Shown: piece after piece, positions 51,720 to 62,139 of the stretch
Position numbering within the stretch: position 1 is the first letter of the stretch
Layout: every line of letters begins with the position of its first letter
Source: Pseudomonadota bacterium
Lineage (GTDB): Bacteria; Pseudomonadota; Alphaproteobacteria; Sphingomonadales; Sphingomonadaceae
Assembly (NCBI GenBank): GCA_041175465.1
Contig: JBEDEX010000002.1
Location: 36,405 to 100,404, forward strand
Direction of reading: 5' to 3'
Length of the DNA stretch: 64,000 nucleotides
Translations under genes and position numbers: made by a program
Notes under the pieces: generated by a model
Seen by the model: the letters and a program-made list of their open reading frames with translations, nothing else
Databases searched by the model: none
What the model was told of the DNA's origin: nothing

Positions 51720-54044
51720 ATGTCTGATATTGTTGATGCTCCAGCAGAAGATCCGTTTGATGCGATAGTCGACGCGCCGTTTGATGCGGCTTTGTCGGAA
51801 CGGTACCTGATCTATGCAATGTCGACGATTACGGCGCGTTCTTTGCCGGATTTGCGCGACGGGCTTAAACCAGTACATCGGCGTTTATTGTGGGCGATGC
51901 GCCTGTTGAAGCTTGATCCGGCTAGCGGGTATAAGAAATGCGCACGGGTCGTCGGTGATGTTATTGGTAAATATCACCCGCATGGTGACCAGTCGGTGTA
52001 TGATGCGATGGTCCGCCTCGCGCAGACATTCTCCCTGCGCTATCCATTGGTCGATGGACAAGGCAATTTCGGTAATATCGACGGCGATAATGCCGCTGCT
52101 TACCGCTATACCGAAGCACGGCTGACGCGCACGGCCATTGAGTTGATGAACGGGCTGGACGAAAACGCGACTGATTTTCGGCCAACCTATAATGGCGAAG
52201 ATGAAGAGCCAGAGGTCATGCCCGGCCTGTTCCCCAACTTACTCGCCAATGGCGCAAGCGGCATTGCTGTGGGGATGGCGACAAGCATCCCATCGCATAA
52301 TGCCGCCGAGATTATTGATGCGGCTATGTTGTTGATTGACAATCCGCAGGCCGGCCACGACCAATTGATGGAAATCGTGCGTGGGCCGGATTTTGCGACA
52401 GGTGGCGTGTTGGTGGATAGTCCATCGGTGATTAGCGCTGCTTATGCTTCCGGCCGGGGCGCCATGCGTGTGCGTGCGCGTTTCTCGAACGGTTGGCAGG
52501 ATGACAAGGGGTGGGAGCCAAGTGGCGTTGAAAAACTGCCCGGTGGGACATGGCAGTTGGTCGTTTCTGAAATTCCCTATCAAGTGCAAAAGGGCAAGCT
52601 GATTGAACAAATCGCGCAGCTTATTGCCGATAAAAAGCTGCCCATTCTTGATGACATTCGTGACGAAAGCGACGAGCATGTCCGCATTGTGCTTGTACCG
52701 AAAAGCCGTAATGTTGATCCCGAAGACCTGAAAAACGCGTTGTTCCGACTGACCGATTTGGAAACGCGTTTCTCGTTGAATATGAACGTGTTGGATTCCG
52801 ATCGTACGCCCAAGGTTATGGGCTTAGGCGAAGTTCTGCTGCACTGGTTGCGGCACCAGATTGAAGTGCTCGTCCGTAAATCCCAGCACCGGCTTGAAAA
52901 GATCGACGCGCGGCTGGAGCTGCTGCAAGGCTATATCATCGCCTTCCTTAATCTTGACCGCATTATCGAGATTATCCGTACGGAGGATGAGCCCAAGCCC
53001 GTCATGATGACCGAATTCCAATTGAATGACCGTCAGGCCGAGGCCATTTTGAACATGCGTTTACGCTCACTGCGCAGACTTGAGGAAATGGAACTGCGGC
53101 GGGAGCTTGAGGCGTTAGAGGCCGAGCGGGAAGATCTTGTGAAATTGATCGACAGCCCGGCGCTGCAAAAGAAACGTCTGAAAAAAGACCTGTCGGCACT
53201 GCGTAAAAATTACGCCGAAGAAACAGCGCTTGGTCGCCGCCGGACAAGCTTGGAAGAAGCAGGGCAGGCGCGCGAAATTTCGCTTGAGGCGTTTGTGGAA
53301 CGCGAACCCGTGACCGTCATCATGTCAAAGCGCGGCTGGATCAAGGCGATGAAGGGGCATGCCGACATCTCTGCGCGCGCAGACTTCAAGTTCAAGGAAG
53401 GGGATGGCCCCGCTTTCGCCTTCCATGCCCAAACAACAGACAAGATCCTTATCGCCACAGCGAATGGCCGTTTTTACACCTTAGGTGCCGATAAACTTCC
53501 GGGCGCGCGCGGTTTCGGTGAACCTGTGAGCACGATGATCGACATCGAAGCAGGTAACGATATTGTCGCCGTTTTCCCTGCGGTCGCCGATGGCCGGATG
53601 TTGCTGGCTGCCACCACTGGAAAAGGTTTCATTGCGCGCATCAGCGACGTTATCGCCGAGACACGCAAGGGACGTGGCGTTGTAACCTTGAAGCCTGGCA
53701 CGCGGTTAAAGGTCGTCCGCCTTGCGCCGCCAGAATCTTCGGATGAAGCCGTCTTGCGCGATCAATATGTCGCGGTAGTGGGCGATAACCGGAAATTGGT
53801 CGTTTTTCCGATGACCGAGATCCCTGAAATGTCCAAAGGGCAGGGCGTGACCTTGCAGCGGTATAAGGACGGCGGGCTTGCCGATGCGGTCTGTTTCCGC
53901 ATGAGCGAAGGGCTCAGTTGGGCCATGGGTGGCGACAGCGGACGGATGCGGACGGAGAATGACATGTCTTTATGGCGTGTTGCGCGCGGTGCGGCGGGCC
54001 GATTACCGCCACAGGGTTTCCCGCGGAACAATCAATTTGATTAA
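51720..54044 (+). CDS. parC: DNA topoisomerase IV subunit A
   Basis: [43 protein letters not shown]. The C-terminal pinwheel lacks a GyrA-box-type QxRGGKG in the first blade. Confidence 0.95.
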   Translation: MSDIVDAPAEDPFDAIVDAPFDAALSERYLIYAMSTITARSLPDLRDGLKPVHRRLLWAMRLLKLDPASGYKKCARVVGDVIGKYHPHGDQSVYDAMVRLAQTFSLRYPLVDGQGNFGNIDGDNAAAYRYTEARLTRTAIELMNGLDENATDFRPTYNGEDEEPEVMPGLFPNLLANGASGIAVGMATSIPSHNAAEIIDAAMLLIDNPQAGHDQLMEIVRGPDFATGGVLVDSPSVISAAYASGRGAMRVRARFSNGWQDDKGWEPSGVEKLPGGTWQLVVSEIPYQVQKGKLIEQIAQLIADKKLPILDDIRDESDEHVRIVLVPKSRNVDPEDLKNALFRLTDLETRFSLNMNVLDSDRTPKVMGLGEVLLHWLRHQIEVLVRKSQHRLEKIDARLELLQGYIIAFLNLDRIIEIIRTEDEPKPVMMTEFQLNDRQAEAILNMRLRSLRRLEEMELRRELEALEAEREDLVKLIDSPALQKKRLKKDLSALRKNYAEETALGRRRTSLEEAGQAREISLEAFVEREPVTVIMSKRGWIKAMKGHADISARADFKFKEGDGPAFAFHAQTTDKILIATANGRFYTLGADKLPGARGFGEPVSTMIDIEAGNDIVAVFPAVADGRMLLAATTGKGFIARISDVIAETRKGRGVVTLKPGTRLKVVRLAPPESSDEAVLRDQYVAVVGDNRKLVVFPMTEIPEMSKGQGVTLQRYKDGGLADAVCFRMSEGLSWAMGGDSGRMRTENDMSLWRVARGAAGRLPPQGFPRNNQFD

Positions 54045-55264
54045 TTAAGCCCCGACAAAGCCGCGTTGACGGCTTGCCTCGCCAGTTCGCGCTGGCGTGC
54101 GGCATCGGGAAAATCCTCCTGAATCCAGAGACCTTCAATGGTTTGCAGCGTTTTTGCGACCAGCGGACCGGGTGGTAACCCCATGTTAATCAATTCGCCG
54201 CCCTTGATGGCGAGGGTAGGGATTTCCCATTGTTCCAGCCGCACGAGACATTCCTGCACATCCGCATCGTCAGCAAATAGCATCACGGCATCCCGCGCGG
54301 CGTCGATATCGGTTCGATAGGCTATAGCGCGGACATTAAAGGGGGTCGGGTCGCCTGCGCGCAACCTGTTGGCAAAGCCCTCGCGCATTTTGTTGGACAG
54401 CTTCAACCGCGCCGCGACCTTATCAACAGCAACAGTGTCGCGGGTTAACAGCGACAGAAAGCGCGCAGGCAGCGAGACGGGCTGCGTAAATTGTGCTTCG
54501 CGATCCACAAGATGCCGCAAATCATCAGCGGCGTTGGCTGATAACTCAGGCAGAAATGGCGTAAAAATGCCATTTGTGATCATGAGATCCACAGATGCAA
54601 AAGGATTTTTTAATCCTAAGATGCGGGTGAGTTCCTGCGCGATACGTTCACGCGACAAAGCCGTCAGCCCATGCGCGCCAACTGCACATGCCTGAATGGC
54701 GTCCGCATCAATCTGCCCACCGCCATATCGGGCAAGGAAGCGGAAATAGCGCAATATGCGCAAGAAATCCTCGGCAATTCGTTGATGGGCATCGCCAATG
54801 AACCGCAGTCTGCGCGCTTCGAGGTCGCTTAGCCCATTGAAATAGTCGAAGACTTTCCCGCTTTGCGGATCAGCATATAAAGCGTTGATTGTGAAGTCGC
54901 GGCGCGCTGCATCCTCCTGCCAATCGGTGGCAAACGCTACCGTGGCGCGCCGACCATCGGTTGCAACATCACTCCGCAATGTTGTGATTTCGTAATTCTT
55001 ACCGTCCACAGCGGCGGTGATCGTGCCATGTTCAATACCAGTAGGAATGGCTTTGATTCCAGAGGCTTCTAAACGGTTGATGACTTCATTTGGCAACAAG
55101 GTTGTGGCGATATCAACATCGGATACGGGCAAACCCAGCAGCGTGTCGCGCACCGCGCCGCCGACATAACGTGGGCCGCCATAAACATCGTCGAGCGCAG
55201 CCAAGACGCTTTTTAGGCCATCGACATGCTGCCATTCGGCATCGGGCAGGCGCACCGGCGTCAT
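54041..55264 (-). CDS. cca: CCA-adding tRNA nucleotidyltransferase (class II)
   Basis: YVGGAVRD..DVDIAT, YEITTLR, DAARRDFTINALY, EDFLRILRYFRF. Start ATG 55264. Confidence 0.9.
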   Translation of the reverse strand: MTPVRLPDAEWQHVDGLKSVLAALDDVYGGPRYVGGAVRDTLLGLPVSDVDIATTLLPNEVINRLEASGIKAIPTGIEHGTITAAVDGKNYEITTLRSDVATDGRRATVAFATDWQEDAARRDFTINALYADPQSGKVFDYFNGLSDLEARRLRFIGDAHQRIAEDFLRILRYFRFLARYGGGQIDADAIQACAVGAHGLTALSRERIAQELTRILGLKNPFASVDLMITNGIFTPFLPELSANAADDLRHLVDREAQFTQPVSLPARFLSLLTRDTVAVDKVAARLKLSNKMREGFANRLRAGDPTPFNVRAIAYRTDIDAARDAVMLFADDADVQECLVRLEQWEIPTLAIKGGELINMGLPPGPLVAKTLQTIEGLWIQEDFPDAARQRELARQAVNAALSGLN

Positions 55265-55833
55265 GCCAGCCGCCGCACGAGATTGGCGATGATTCCCGCC
55301 GTCACGCCCCATATCCGTCGTTCGCCCCATTGCATGTCATAATAGCTGCGTTTTTGTCCATTCCAGGCTGCCTCTTTTCGTACCGAATTGGCAGGGTCAA
55401 GTAAGAAGGCAAGCGGCACTTCGAAATAGGCATCGACCTCTTCCGGGTTGGGGCGCATAACAAGGTCAGCTGGGATAATGCCAACAACAGGGGCAATGCT
55501 GTAGCCGCTACCGGAAAAATAGGTATCCGCCACGCCGATGACGTCAACTGTCGCGGGCGGAATGTTCAATTCTTCGTGCGCCTCCCGCAAAGCCGCGGCA
55601 ATCGCGTTTGCGTCGCCTTCATCGACCTTGCCACCGGGAAAGGCCACTTGGCCTGCATGGCTGCGTAACCATGTGGGGCGCTGGGTCAAAATGACGCCAG
55701 GCTCTGCCCGATCGGTTATGGGGATGAGCACCGCCGCCGCGCGGTGGGTGCCAACGGCAAAGTGTCGTTCGTCCTCAATTTCTATGCTGAGCGCAGGATC
55801 AAGCGCCGTTTGCAGCCTTTGCCGCCAGTTCAT
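55261..55833 (-). CDS. Nudix hydrolase, CoA pyrophosphatase family
   Basis: LTQRPTWLRSHAGQVAFPGG, AALREAHEELNI, NPEEVD, RIWGVTAG. Confidence 0.92.
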   Translation of the reverse strand: MNWRQRLQTALDPALSIEIEDERHFAVGTHRAAAVLIPITDRAEPGVILTQRPTWLRSHAGQVAFPGGKVDEGDANAIAAALREAHEELNIPPATVDVIGVADTYFSGSGYSIAPVVGIIPADLVMRPNPEEVDAYFEVPLAFLLDPANSVRKEAAWNGQKRSYYDMQWGERRIWGVTAGIIANLVRRLA

Positions 55834-56381
55834 ACAGGTGAATCCAGCGTGAATTGCGCGCCTTTGCTCCAGATTCTGGGGCTATCGGGGTCTTCCGCAA
55901 GCGCCAAATTGGCGAGCTCGTAATAGACGGGGCGTGCGAGTTTTGCGTACATCCCGCCGCGGACATGCACATATAACATTCCGCCGCGCATTTCGATGGC
56001 GTGTTCGGCATCGGCAAAAATCAGATCGTCGCTATTCAACCGGAACGCCAAGCTGCGTTCTGCTCCTTCGCCCTCGCTTTGCAATTCCACCGCAATGAAT
56101 GGGGCGTCGTCGACCATGATCGAGAGCTTTTGCTGCGGCGTTACCAGCCAATATTGCCTATCGGCATCGCGGCGCAACAGGCTGGAAAAGGCGCGGATCA
56201 TCGCAGGCCGTTTGATTTCACCACCCTGATGAAACCATTTGCCATCCGATGCGATCCGCATTTCGCTGTCGGCCGTATTTGCGGGTTCCCAGCTTTCCAC
56301 CGGTGGCAATTTTCGCGCCGCAACAAGTTCCGCAATATCGGACAGGCTAAGTTTTGCGAGATCGGGGGCTTCATAAGGCAT
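55830..56381 (-). CDS. DUF1285 family protein
   Basis: LPPVESWEP, MRIASDGKWFHQG, LVTPQQK..VDDAPF, AKLARPVYYEL. Typical position before the Nudix gene. Confidence 0.85.
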   Translation of the reverse strand: MPYEAPDLAKLSLSDIAELVAARKLPPVESWEPANTADSEMRIASDGKWFHQGGEIKRPAMIRAFSSLLRRDADRQYWLVTPQQKLSIMVDDAPFIAVELQSEGEGAERSLAFRLNSDDLIFADAEHAIEMRGGMLYVHVRGGMYAKLARPVYYELANLALAEDPDSPRIWSKGAQFTLDSPV

Positions 56382-56419
56382 GGAAACGCGATAGGTCCAA
56401 TCAGGCCAATCGTCAAAGC

Positions 56420-56899
56420 TTAGTCGGCAGGCCCAAGCATGCCGTGTATTGGCAAAGCAACCTTCTCATTATTGCGCAGAAGCAATCGCCGTGGTTCCCA
56501 AGGCCCCGGCAAGGTCCAGCCAGATGTGCCATCAGCCTCAAAACCAAAACGGCTATAATATTCCGGATCACCAATCATCACCATTGGCGCATCCTGCGGC
56601 GTTACGGCATTCAGCATCAATCGCATCAATTGTGTACCAAGGCCTTCATTCTGGCGATGGCTGGCGACAGCGACGGGCCCGACTAAGATCAAATCGGTAT
56701 CATCCACGCGCACGGGCCAACACTGGATGCTCGCCAGTAGTTCACTATCTTCCAAAATACCAAAAGATAGATGGTCGACGGGCGTCATGCCTTTGCGCAG
56801 CAAATAGGCTGTGCGCATATGCCTGTCCGTTCCGAACGCATCATCGAGCAAAGCGTTCAACGCTTCTGCAGATATGCGAGAGAGAGGCGTGTTATGCAT
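56420..56899 (-). CDS. GNAT family N-acetyltransferase
   Basis: LVGPVAVASHRQNEGLGTQLM acetyl-CoA motif A, IGDPEYYSRFGF. Start uncertain (56899 or 56926). Confidence 0.9.
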   Translation of the reverse strand: MHNTPLSRISAEALNALLDDAFGTDRHMRTAYLLRKGMTPVDHLSFGILEDSELLASIQCWPVRVDDTDLILVGPVAVASHRQNEGLGTQLMRLMLNAVTPQDAPMVMIGDPEYYSRFGFEADGTSGWTLPGPWEPRRLLLRNNEKVALPIHGMLGPAD

Positions 56900-57069
56900 A
56901 TAAACTTGCCGAAATAAGGAGGACAATAGCGGCGCTCCCTGTCATTGCAGAGGTTGTTTGTCCAATCGAATATGTTGTCGCTTACAATTAAACCGCCGCA
57001 AATTGCCTTTCGACGGAACATCCATTAGCATGTGCCACTTAGATGGTTTCGTCACGCAGGAGAGAGAAT

Positions 57070-57915
57070 TTGACCGATCAGCAAGCGCCCCACGCGGCAC
57101 CAGACGCGTCATCGACACAGGCTTCGGCGCATCCGCGTGCCCCAAAAGATGTTATGGGCTATTTGGTTTTGATTGCGGGCGTTGGTGCTTTGGTCTGGGG
57201 GCTGGTTGCGGCGGTTGGCACAGGTTGGGGTTTTTGGGCCTATACGTCTGGTCTGAAGGGCGTTGCGGCGGCCTTTCTTTTGGGCGTGGTGTCCATTTTG
57301 ATTGGTCTGGTGCAAGAGTGGCGCGTGCGTAAATCCGCCACCCCGCCATTGCGCGCGCGGCGCTGGATTGGGATGCTGGTGGCTTTGGTCTATGTTGCTT
57401 GGGTCGGAACATTCCTTGTGAAGGCGCTCACTGTGCCTGCAATCCACGATGTGTCGACCGACCTTGCCGATCCGCCAGCCTTTCAAACATTACAATTGCG
57501 TGCCGATAATACTGATAATGTTCCCGGTGCTGACGATGCGAAGATGCGTGGCCTGACGCCGGAACAACGTTGGGCGATGGTGCATCAAAAAGCCTATGCT
57601 GACATCCGCTCGGTGCGCGTGAATGAACCCGTGCCCATGGTTATTGCCAAGGCGGAGCGTTTGGCCAAAGCACGTGGTTGGAATATTGCTATTTCGTCGC
57701 CCGAAGAAGGGCGTTTGGAAGCAACTGAAACCAGCGCGTTTTTCCAGTTCAAGGATGATGTAGTGCTGCGCGTCCGTCCGTCGGACACCGGCGAGGGCAG
57801 CATTGTCGATATGCGCTCTGTCAGCCGTGTTGGGCAGAGCGACTTGGGTATGAATGCCAAGCGCGTCCGGTCTTTTCTGGCCGATTTAACCGGAACAGTG
57901 ACGGCGGCGCAGTAA
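57070..57915 (+). CDS. DUF1499 domain membrane protein
   Basis: Three N-terminal TMs, PAIHDVSTDLADPP, FFQFKDDVVLRV, VDMRSVSRVGQSDLGMNAKR. TTG start after GGAGAG. Confidence 0.88.
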   Translation: MTDQQAPHAAPDASSTQASAHPRAPKDVMGYLVLIAGVGALVWGLVAAVGTGWGFWAYTSGLKGVAAAFLLGVVSILIGLVQEWRVRKSATPPLRARRWIGMLVALVYVAWVGTFLVKALTVPAIHDVSTDLADPPAFQTLQLRADNTDNVPGADDAKMRGLTPEQRWAMVHQKAYADIRSVRVNEPVPMVIAKAERLAKARGWNIAISSPEEGRLEATETSAFFQFKDDVVLRVRPSDTGEGSIVDMRSVSRVGQSDLGMNAKRVRSFLADLTGTVTAAQ

Positions 57916-57934
57916 AACGCCGCCGCCAGTTTAC

Positions 57935-59068
57935 TCACTTCTTGGGGGTTAGCTTTAGCAAGCGGCCTTGCGAGCCAGCGCGTTCGTCTTCCAATAGCCA
58001 GATAGCGCCATCGGGGCCCTGTTCGACTTCGCGGATACGCGCGCCCATGTCCCATTGGTCTGCCTTAGTTGCCTTTTCGTCGTCGAGCTGCACGCGCACC
58101 AAAGCCTTGGCACCCAGGCCGCCGATAAAGGCGCTGCCTTTCCAAGCTTTAAACATGTCGCCGGTGTAAATCATGAGGCTGCCGGGTGAAATGGCGGGAT
58201 TCCATGAAACCTTAGGCGCTTCAAAACCATCACCTGCTGCATGGTCGGGAATGTTCCGGCCGTCATAATGGTCACCATTGGAAACGGTCGGATAGCCGTA
58301 ATTGGCGGCCTTTTTGACAAGGTTTAATTCGTCGCCACCGGCAGGGCCCATTTCTTGGTTCCACAAACGGCCCTTTGCATCAAAGGCAATGCCAAGCGGA
58401 TTGCGATGTCCGTACGACCAAATTTGCGACTTTACGCTGCCTTGGCCGAAGAAGGGATTGTCCGATGGGACCATGCCGCCGTCAGTCAAGCGCACAATCT
58501 TGCCAAGATTTTGGTTGAGATCCTGTGCGGGGTCGAATTTCTGCCGTTCGCCGCTGCTGATATACAAGTGACCGTCAGGACCGAAGGCAAGGCGATGGCC
58601 ATAATGGCCTTGCCCCGAAACCTTGGGTTCCTGACGCCAGATGATTTGAACGTCTGTCAGCGTCGGCTTTGCGCTTGTGACGTCGAGCTTGCCGCGGACC
58701 ACTGCTGCGCCAAAGCCACCTTCACCTGCCTCTGCAAAGCTGAGATAGACCAAATTGTTTTTGGAAAAGTGGGGGTGAAGGATGACATCACCAAGTCCAC
58801 CTTGACCGCCATAGGCAACAGCAGGAATGCCGTCGACATCGACAACAGCGCCTTCATTCTGCCACAGCTTGAGCTTGCCTTTTTTCTCCGTCACAAGCGC
58901 ATACGGCGTACCGGGGACAAATGTCATGGCCCAAGGCTCTTCAAAATTCGCAACGACTGTGACGTCAAAAGGCGCGCCACCGGTGTCTGCGGGGGCGGCG
59001 TCACTGACCGAAGACTGGCAGGCGGCTGCCAGAAAGGATGCGCCCATCAGAAAAGACAATTTTGACAT
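57935..59068 (-). CDS. PQQ-dependent aldose sugar dehydrogenase (YliI/Sdh-like), lipoprotein
   Basis: Lipobox AAAC, EPWAMTF, GQGGLGDV, HYGHRLAF, WSYGHRNPLG, EMGPAGGDELN, RIREVEQGPDG. Start ATG 59068. Confidence 0.92.
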   Translation of the reverse strand: MSKLSFLMGASFLAAACQSSVSDAAPADTGGAPFDVTVVANFEEPWAMTFVPGTPYALVTEKKGKLKLWQNEGAVVDVDGIPAVAYGGQGGLGDVILHPHFSKNNLVYLSFAEAGEGGFGAAVVRGKLDVTSAKPTLTDVQIIWRQEPKVSGQGHYGHRLAFGPDGHLYISSGERQKFDPAQDLNQNLGKIVRLTDGGMVPSDNPFFGQGSVKSQIWSYGHRNPLGIAFDAKGRLWNQEMGPAGGDELNLVKKAANYGYPTVSNGDHYDGRNIPDHAAGDGFEAPKVSWNPAISPGSLMIYTGDMFKAWKGSAFIGGLGAKALVRVQLDDEKATKADQWDMGARIREVEQGPDGAIWLLEDERAGSQGRLLKLTPKK

Positions 59069-59133
59069 GATCCAAAACTCCATTTTATAAATGCCCATCC
59101 CAATTGGTGGGTGGGGGGGCGATGTGCAAGACA

Positions 59134-59162
59134 CTTGCATATGAAAGTTTTCGGGGCTATAC
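59134..59162 (+). promoter_or_regulatory. Putative sigma70 promoter of rimP-nusA-infB
   Basis: CTTGCA-N17-CTATAC. Confidence 0.65.
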
Positions 59163-59255
59163 GGCCATCATCCTTACATTGTGAGAACTTGGAAGGGCTG
59201 GCGCCAGTGGGGCCGGCGCGGAATGTTATTGCATGTCGAATAAGAAAGTCTGATT

Positions 59256-59816
59256 TTGCCTGATCTGGATAAACTGAGCAGTTTGATTGCGCCCGAGGCG
59301 GAAGCGCTTGGCTTTGCCTTGGTACGCGTAGCGTGGTTTTCCAACGGTGCGCAGGGCAGCGACGAGCCGACCTTGCAAGTGATGGCCGAGCGTCCAGAAA
59401 CACGGCAGCTCAATATTGACGATTGCGCGGCTCTTTCGCACCGTATCTCCGATCTGTTCGATGAACTTGATCCAATAGTTGAGGCATATCGCCTTGAAGT
59501 TAGCTCGCCGGGTATTGACCGGCCGTTGACGCGTCTTGCGGATTTCTCCGACTGGGTCGGGCATGAAGCCAAGATTGAACTCAGCGAGCCAATGGATGGC
59601 CGCAAAAATATTCGCGGTGATCTTGCCGGTGTCGATGGTGAAAATATTCATGTCGATGACCGCAAGGCAGGGCGCCTAACCTTCTCATTTTCCGCACTTG
59701 GCCACGCCAAGCTGCTCTTGACAGACCGCCTGATTGCGTCGACTGCCCCCATCAACAGCGATGGTGCCGACGAAGTAGAGGCGGAACCCATTCACGACGA
59801 AGCACAGGAAGACTAA
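59256..59816 (+). CDS. rimP: Ribosome maturation factor RimP
   Basis: LQVMAERP, IDDCAALS, YRLEVSSPGIDRPLTR. TTG start. Confidence 0.96.
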   Translation: MPDLDKLSSLIAPEAEALGFALVRVAWFSNGAQGSDEPTLQVMAERPETRQLNIDDCAALSHRISDLFDELDPIVEAYRLEVSSPGIDRPLTRLADFSDWVGHEAKIELSEPMDGRKNIRGDLAGVDGENIHVDDRKAGRLTFSFSALGHAKLLLTDRLIASTAPINSDGADEVEAEPIHDEAQED

Positions 59817-59819
59817 AAC

Positions 59820-61430
59820 ATGGCCAGTAGTATTGCCGCCAACAAGGCTGAATTGCTCGCAATCGCCAATGCGGTCGCCAGCGAAAAGATGATCGACAAG
59901 TCGATTGTTATCGAAGCGCTTGAAGAAGCTATTCAGCGTGCAGCGAGGGCACGTTACGGGGCTGAAAACGACATTCGTGCGAAGCTGGACACCCAAACCG
60001 GTGACTTGCGTCTGTGGCGCGTCGTGGAAGTTGTCGAAGAGGTCGAAGATTATTTCAAGCAAGTCGACCTGAAGCAGGCGGACAAGCTGCAAAAGGGCGC
60101 CGTTGTCGGCGACTTCATCGTTGATCCGCTTCCTGCTGTGGACTTGGGCCGTATTGATGCGCAGTCTGCTAAGCAGGTGATCTTCCAAAAGGTGCGCGAT
60201 GCAGAGCGTGAGCGTCAGTTTGAAGAGTTTAAGGACCGCACCGGCGAAATCATTACGGGCGTCGTGAAGTCGGTTGAATTCGGCCATGTCGTTGTTGACC
60301 TTGGCCGCGCAGAAGGCGTTATTCGCCGTGACCAGCAAATTCCACGCGAAGTCGTCCGTAGCGGCGACCGTGTGCGTGCATTGATCATGAAAGTGCAGCG
60401 CGAAAATCGCGGGCCACAGATATTGTTGAGCCGCGCCCATCCGGATTTCATGAAGAAATTGTTCGCGCAAGAAGTGCCCGAAATCTATGACGGTGTCATC
60501 GAAATCAAGGCCGCTGCGCGTGACCCAGGCAGCCGCGCCAAAATTGGCGTCATCAGCTATGACAGCAGCATTGACCCCGTTGGCGCATGCGTCGGCATGA
60601 AGGGTAGCCGCGTACAGGCCGTCGTGCAGGAAATGCAGGGCGAAAAGATCGACATCATTCCATGGTCGGAAGACACCGCAACGTTCATCGTGAATGCGCT
60701 GCAGCCTGCAACGGTCAGCCGCGTTGTTATCGACGAAGAAGAAGGCCGTATCGAAGTTGTCGTTCCGGACGATCAGTTGAGCCTGGCCATTGGCCGTCGC
60801 GGACAGAATGTCCGTTTGGCATCGCAGCTTACGGGCCGCGGCATCGACATTATGACCGAAGCGGAATCGAGCGAGAAAAGGCAGAAGGAATTCGTAGAGC
60901 GTTCTGAAATGTTCCAGCAAGAGCTGGACGTCGACGAAACGCTTGCGCAATTGCTGGTCGCCGAAGGCTTCAGTGAATTGGAAGAAGTTGCTTATGTCGA
61001 CTCCGCCGAAATCGCTGCTATCGAAGGCTTTGATGACGGATTGGCCGAAGAATTGCAGAGCCGCGCACAAGAAGCGCTGGATCGCCGCGAAGAGGCAAAC
61101 CGGACCGAGCGCCGTGCGCTGGGTGTGGAAGATGCCGTTGCTGAACTGCCTATCCTGACCGAAGCGATGCTGGTCGTTTTGGGCAAGGCTGGTATCAAGA
61201 CGCTTGACGATTTGGCGGATCTTGCCACCGATGAACTGATCCAGAAGGCACGCGAGCCGCGTCGCAACGAACGGAGCGATCGCGAAGTGCGCCGTAACCG
61301 TACGGAAGACAAGGCAGGCATATTGGCCACCTTTGGTCTGTCTGAAGAGCAGGGTAATGAAATCATCATGGCTGCTCGCGCACATTGGTTCGAAGAGGAG
61401 GACGCGGTTGCAGCGGACGACTCTCAATGA
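59820..61430 (+). CDS. nusA: Transcription elongation factor NusA
   Basis: GRIDAQSAKQVI, S1/KH domains (ARDPGSRAK, GACVGMKGSRV, AIGRRGQNVRLA), acidic repeats. Confidence 0.98.
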   Translation: MASSIAANKAELLAIANAVASEKMIDKSIVIEALEEAIQRAARARYGAENDIRAKLDTQTGDLRLWRVVEVVEEVEDYFKQVDLKQADKLQKGAVVGDFIVDPLPAVDLGRIDAQSAKQVIFQKVRDAERERQFEEFKDRTGEIITGVVKSVEFGHVVVDLGRAEGVIRRDQQIPREVVRSGDRVRALIMKVQRENRGPQILLSRAHPDFMKKLFAQEVPEIYDGVIEIKAAARDPGSRAKIGVISYDSSIDPVGACVGMKGSRVQAVVQEMQGEKIDIIPWSEDTATFIVNALQPATVSRVVIDEEEGRIEVVVPDDQLSLAIGRRGQNVRLASQLTGRGIDIMTEAESSEKRQKEFVERSEMFQQELDVDETLAQLLVAEGFSELEEVAYVDSAEIAAIEGFDDGLAEELQSRAQEALDRREEANRTERRALGVEDAVAELPILTEAMLVVLGKAGIKTLDDLADLATDELIQKAREPRRNERSDREVRRNRTEDKAGILATFGLSEEQGNEIIMAARAHWFEEEDAVAADDSQ

Positions 61431-62118
61431 GAACCGACACTCCCCAATAAGGAAGTGCATATTGTCAGGTGAGCATGGGACTCGTGCCCAGCTCATCAGG
61501 CTTGCCCTCGGTCCCGATGGCAGTATTGCACCTGACCTGTTTGCTAAAGCGCCTGGTCGTGGCGCGTGGATCGGCGTTTCCGGTGAAGAATTGTCCAAGG
61601 CGCTCGCCAAGGGTAAACTTGCTGGATTGCTGCGCCGTGCGTTTAAAACGGACAAGATTGAGATCATCGATGACCTCACGGGCCGCATTGATCGCGGCTT
61701 AGAGAAGGCATTTTTGGACCGGCTCGGTTTAGAAGCGCGGGCAGGGCACCTTATCTTAGGTGCAGAGAAGATCGATTCTGCGTCTCGCAGTGGTCAAGTG
61801 AAGCTGTTGTTGCACGCATCGGACGCAAGCGCCGATGGCAGTGGCAAACGCGATCAGGCATGGCGTGTTGGCGAAGACGCTGAGGGGTCGGGAAAGGGCG
61901 GCGTAAAGCTGCCTGTGGACCGGGATGCATTGTCAGCAGCGCTTGGACGGCAAAATGCTGTGCACGTCGCATTGATTAACCAAAAAGCGGCGGAGCGGGT
62001 GATGCATCATCTTGGACGCTGGCTAAATTTCAAAGGATGCAGTAATGCGCCATTCGATTCCGCTGCTTTGGCTGCGGACTTGCGGGGCAATGACGCTGAC
62101 ATCTCCGCAATTGACTGA
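61408..62118 (+). CDS. DUF448/YlxR-family RNA-binding protein fused to an L7Ae-like domain
   Basis: RKCILSG, LIRLALGPDG, PGRGAWI, LGLEARAG, LLHASDA, LGRQNAVH. TTG 61408 lies 6 nt after GAGGAGG, inside the nusA 3' end. Confidence 0.85.
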   Translation: MQRTTLNENRHSPIRKCILSGEHGTRAQLIRLALGPDGSIAPDLFAKAPGRGAWIGVSGEELSKALAKGKLAGLLRRAFKTDKIEIIDDLTGRIDRGLEKAFLDRLGLEARAGHLILGAEKIDSASRSGQVKLLLHASDASADGSGKRDQAWRVGEDAEGSGKGGVKLPVDRDALSAALGRQNAVHVALINQKAAERVMHHLGRWLNFKGCSNAPFDSAALAADLRGNDADISAID

Positions 62119-62139
62119 GTAAGGACGGGTTCTGTTTCG

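Noticed and set aside
59125-59139. TGCAAG-ACA-CTTGCA palindrome upstream of rimP
   Set aside because: It is more simply explained as back-to-back -35 elements of the divergent sdh and rimP promoters.
61427-61450. Apparent frameshift or pseudogene at the start of the DUF448 gene (ATG then stop after 7 codons)
   Set aside because: An in-frame TTG with a strong SD at 61408 explains the gene without any frameshift.
59685-61688. 667-aa ORF antisense to rimP/nusA
   Set aside because: No recognisable motifs. It mirrors a highly conserved, codon-biased gene, the usual cause of stop-free antisense frames. The same applies to 62860-63576 (antisense to infB), 1315-2022 and 30423-31073.
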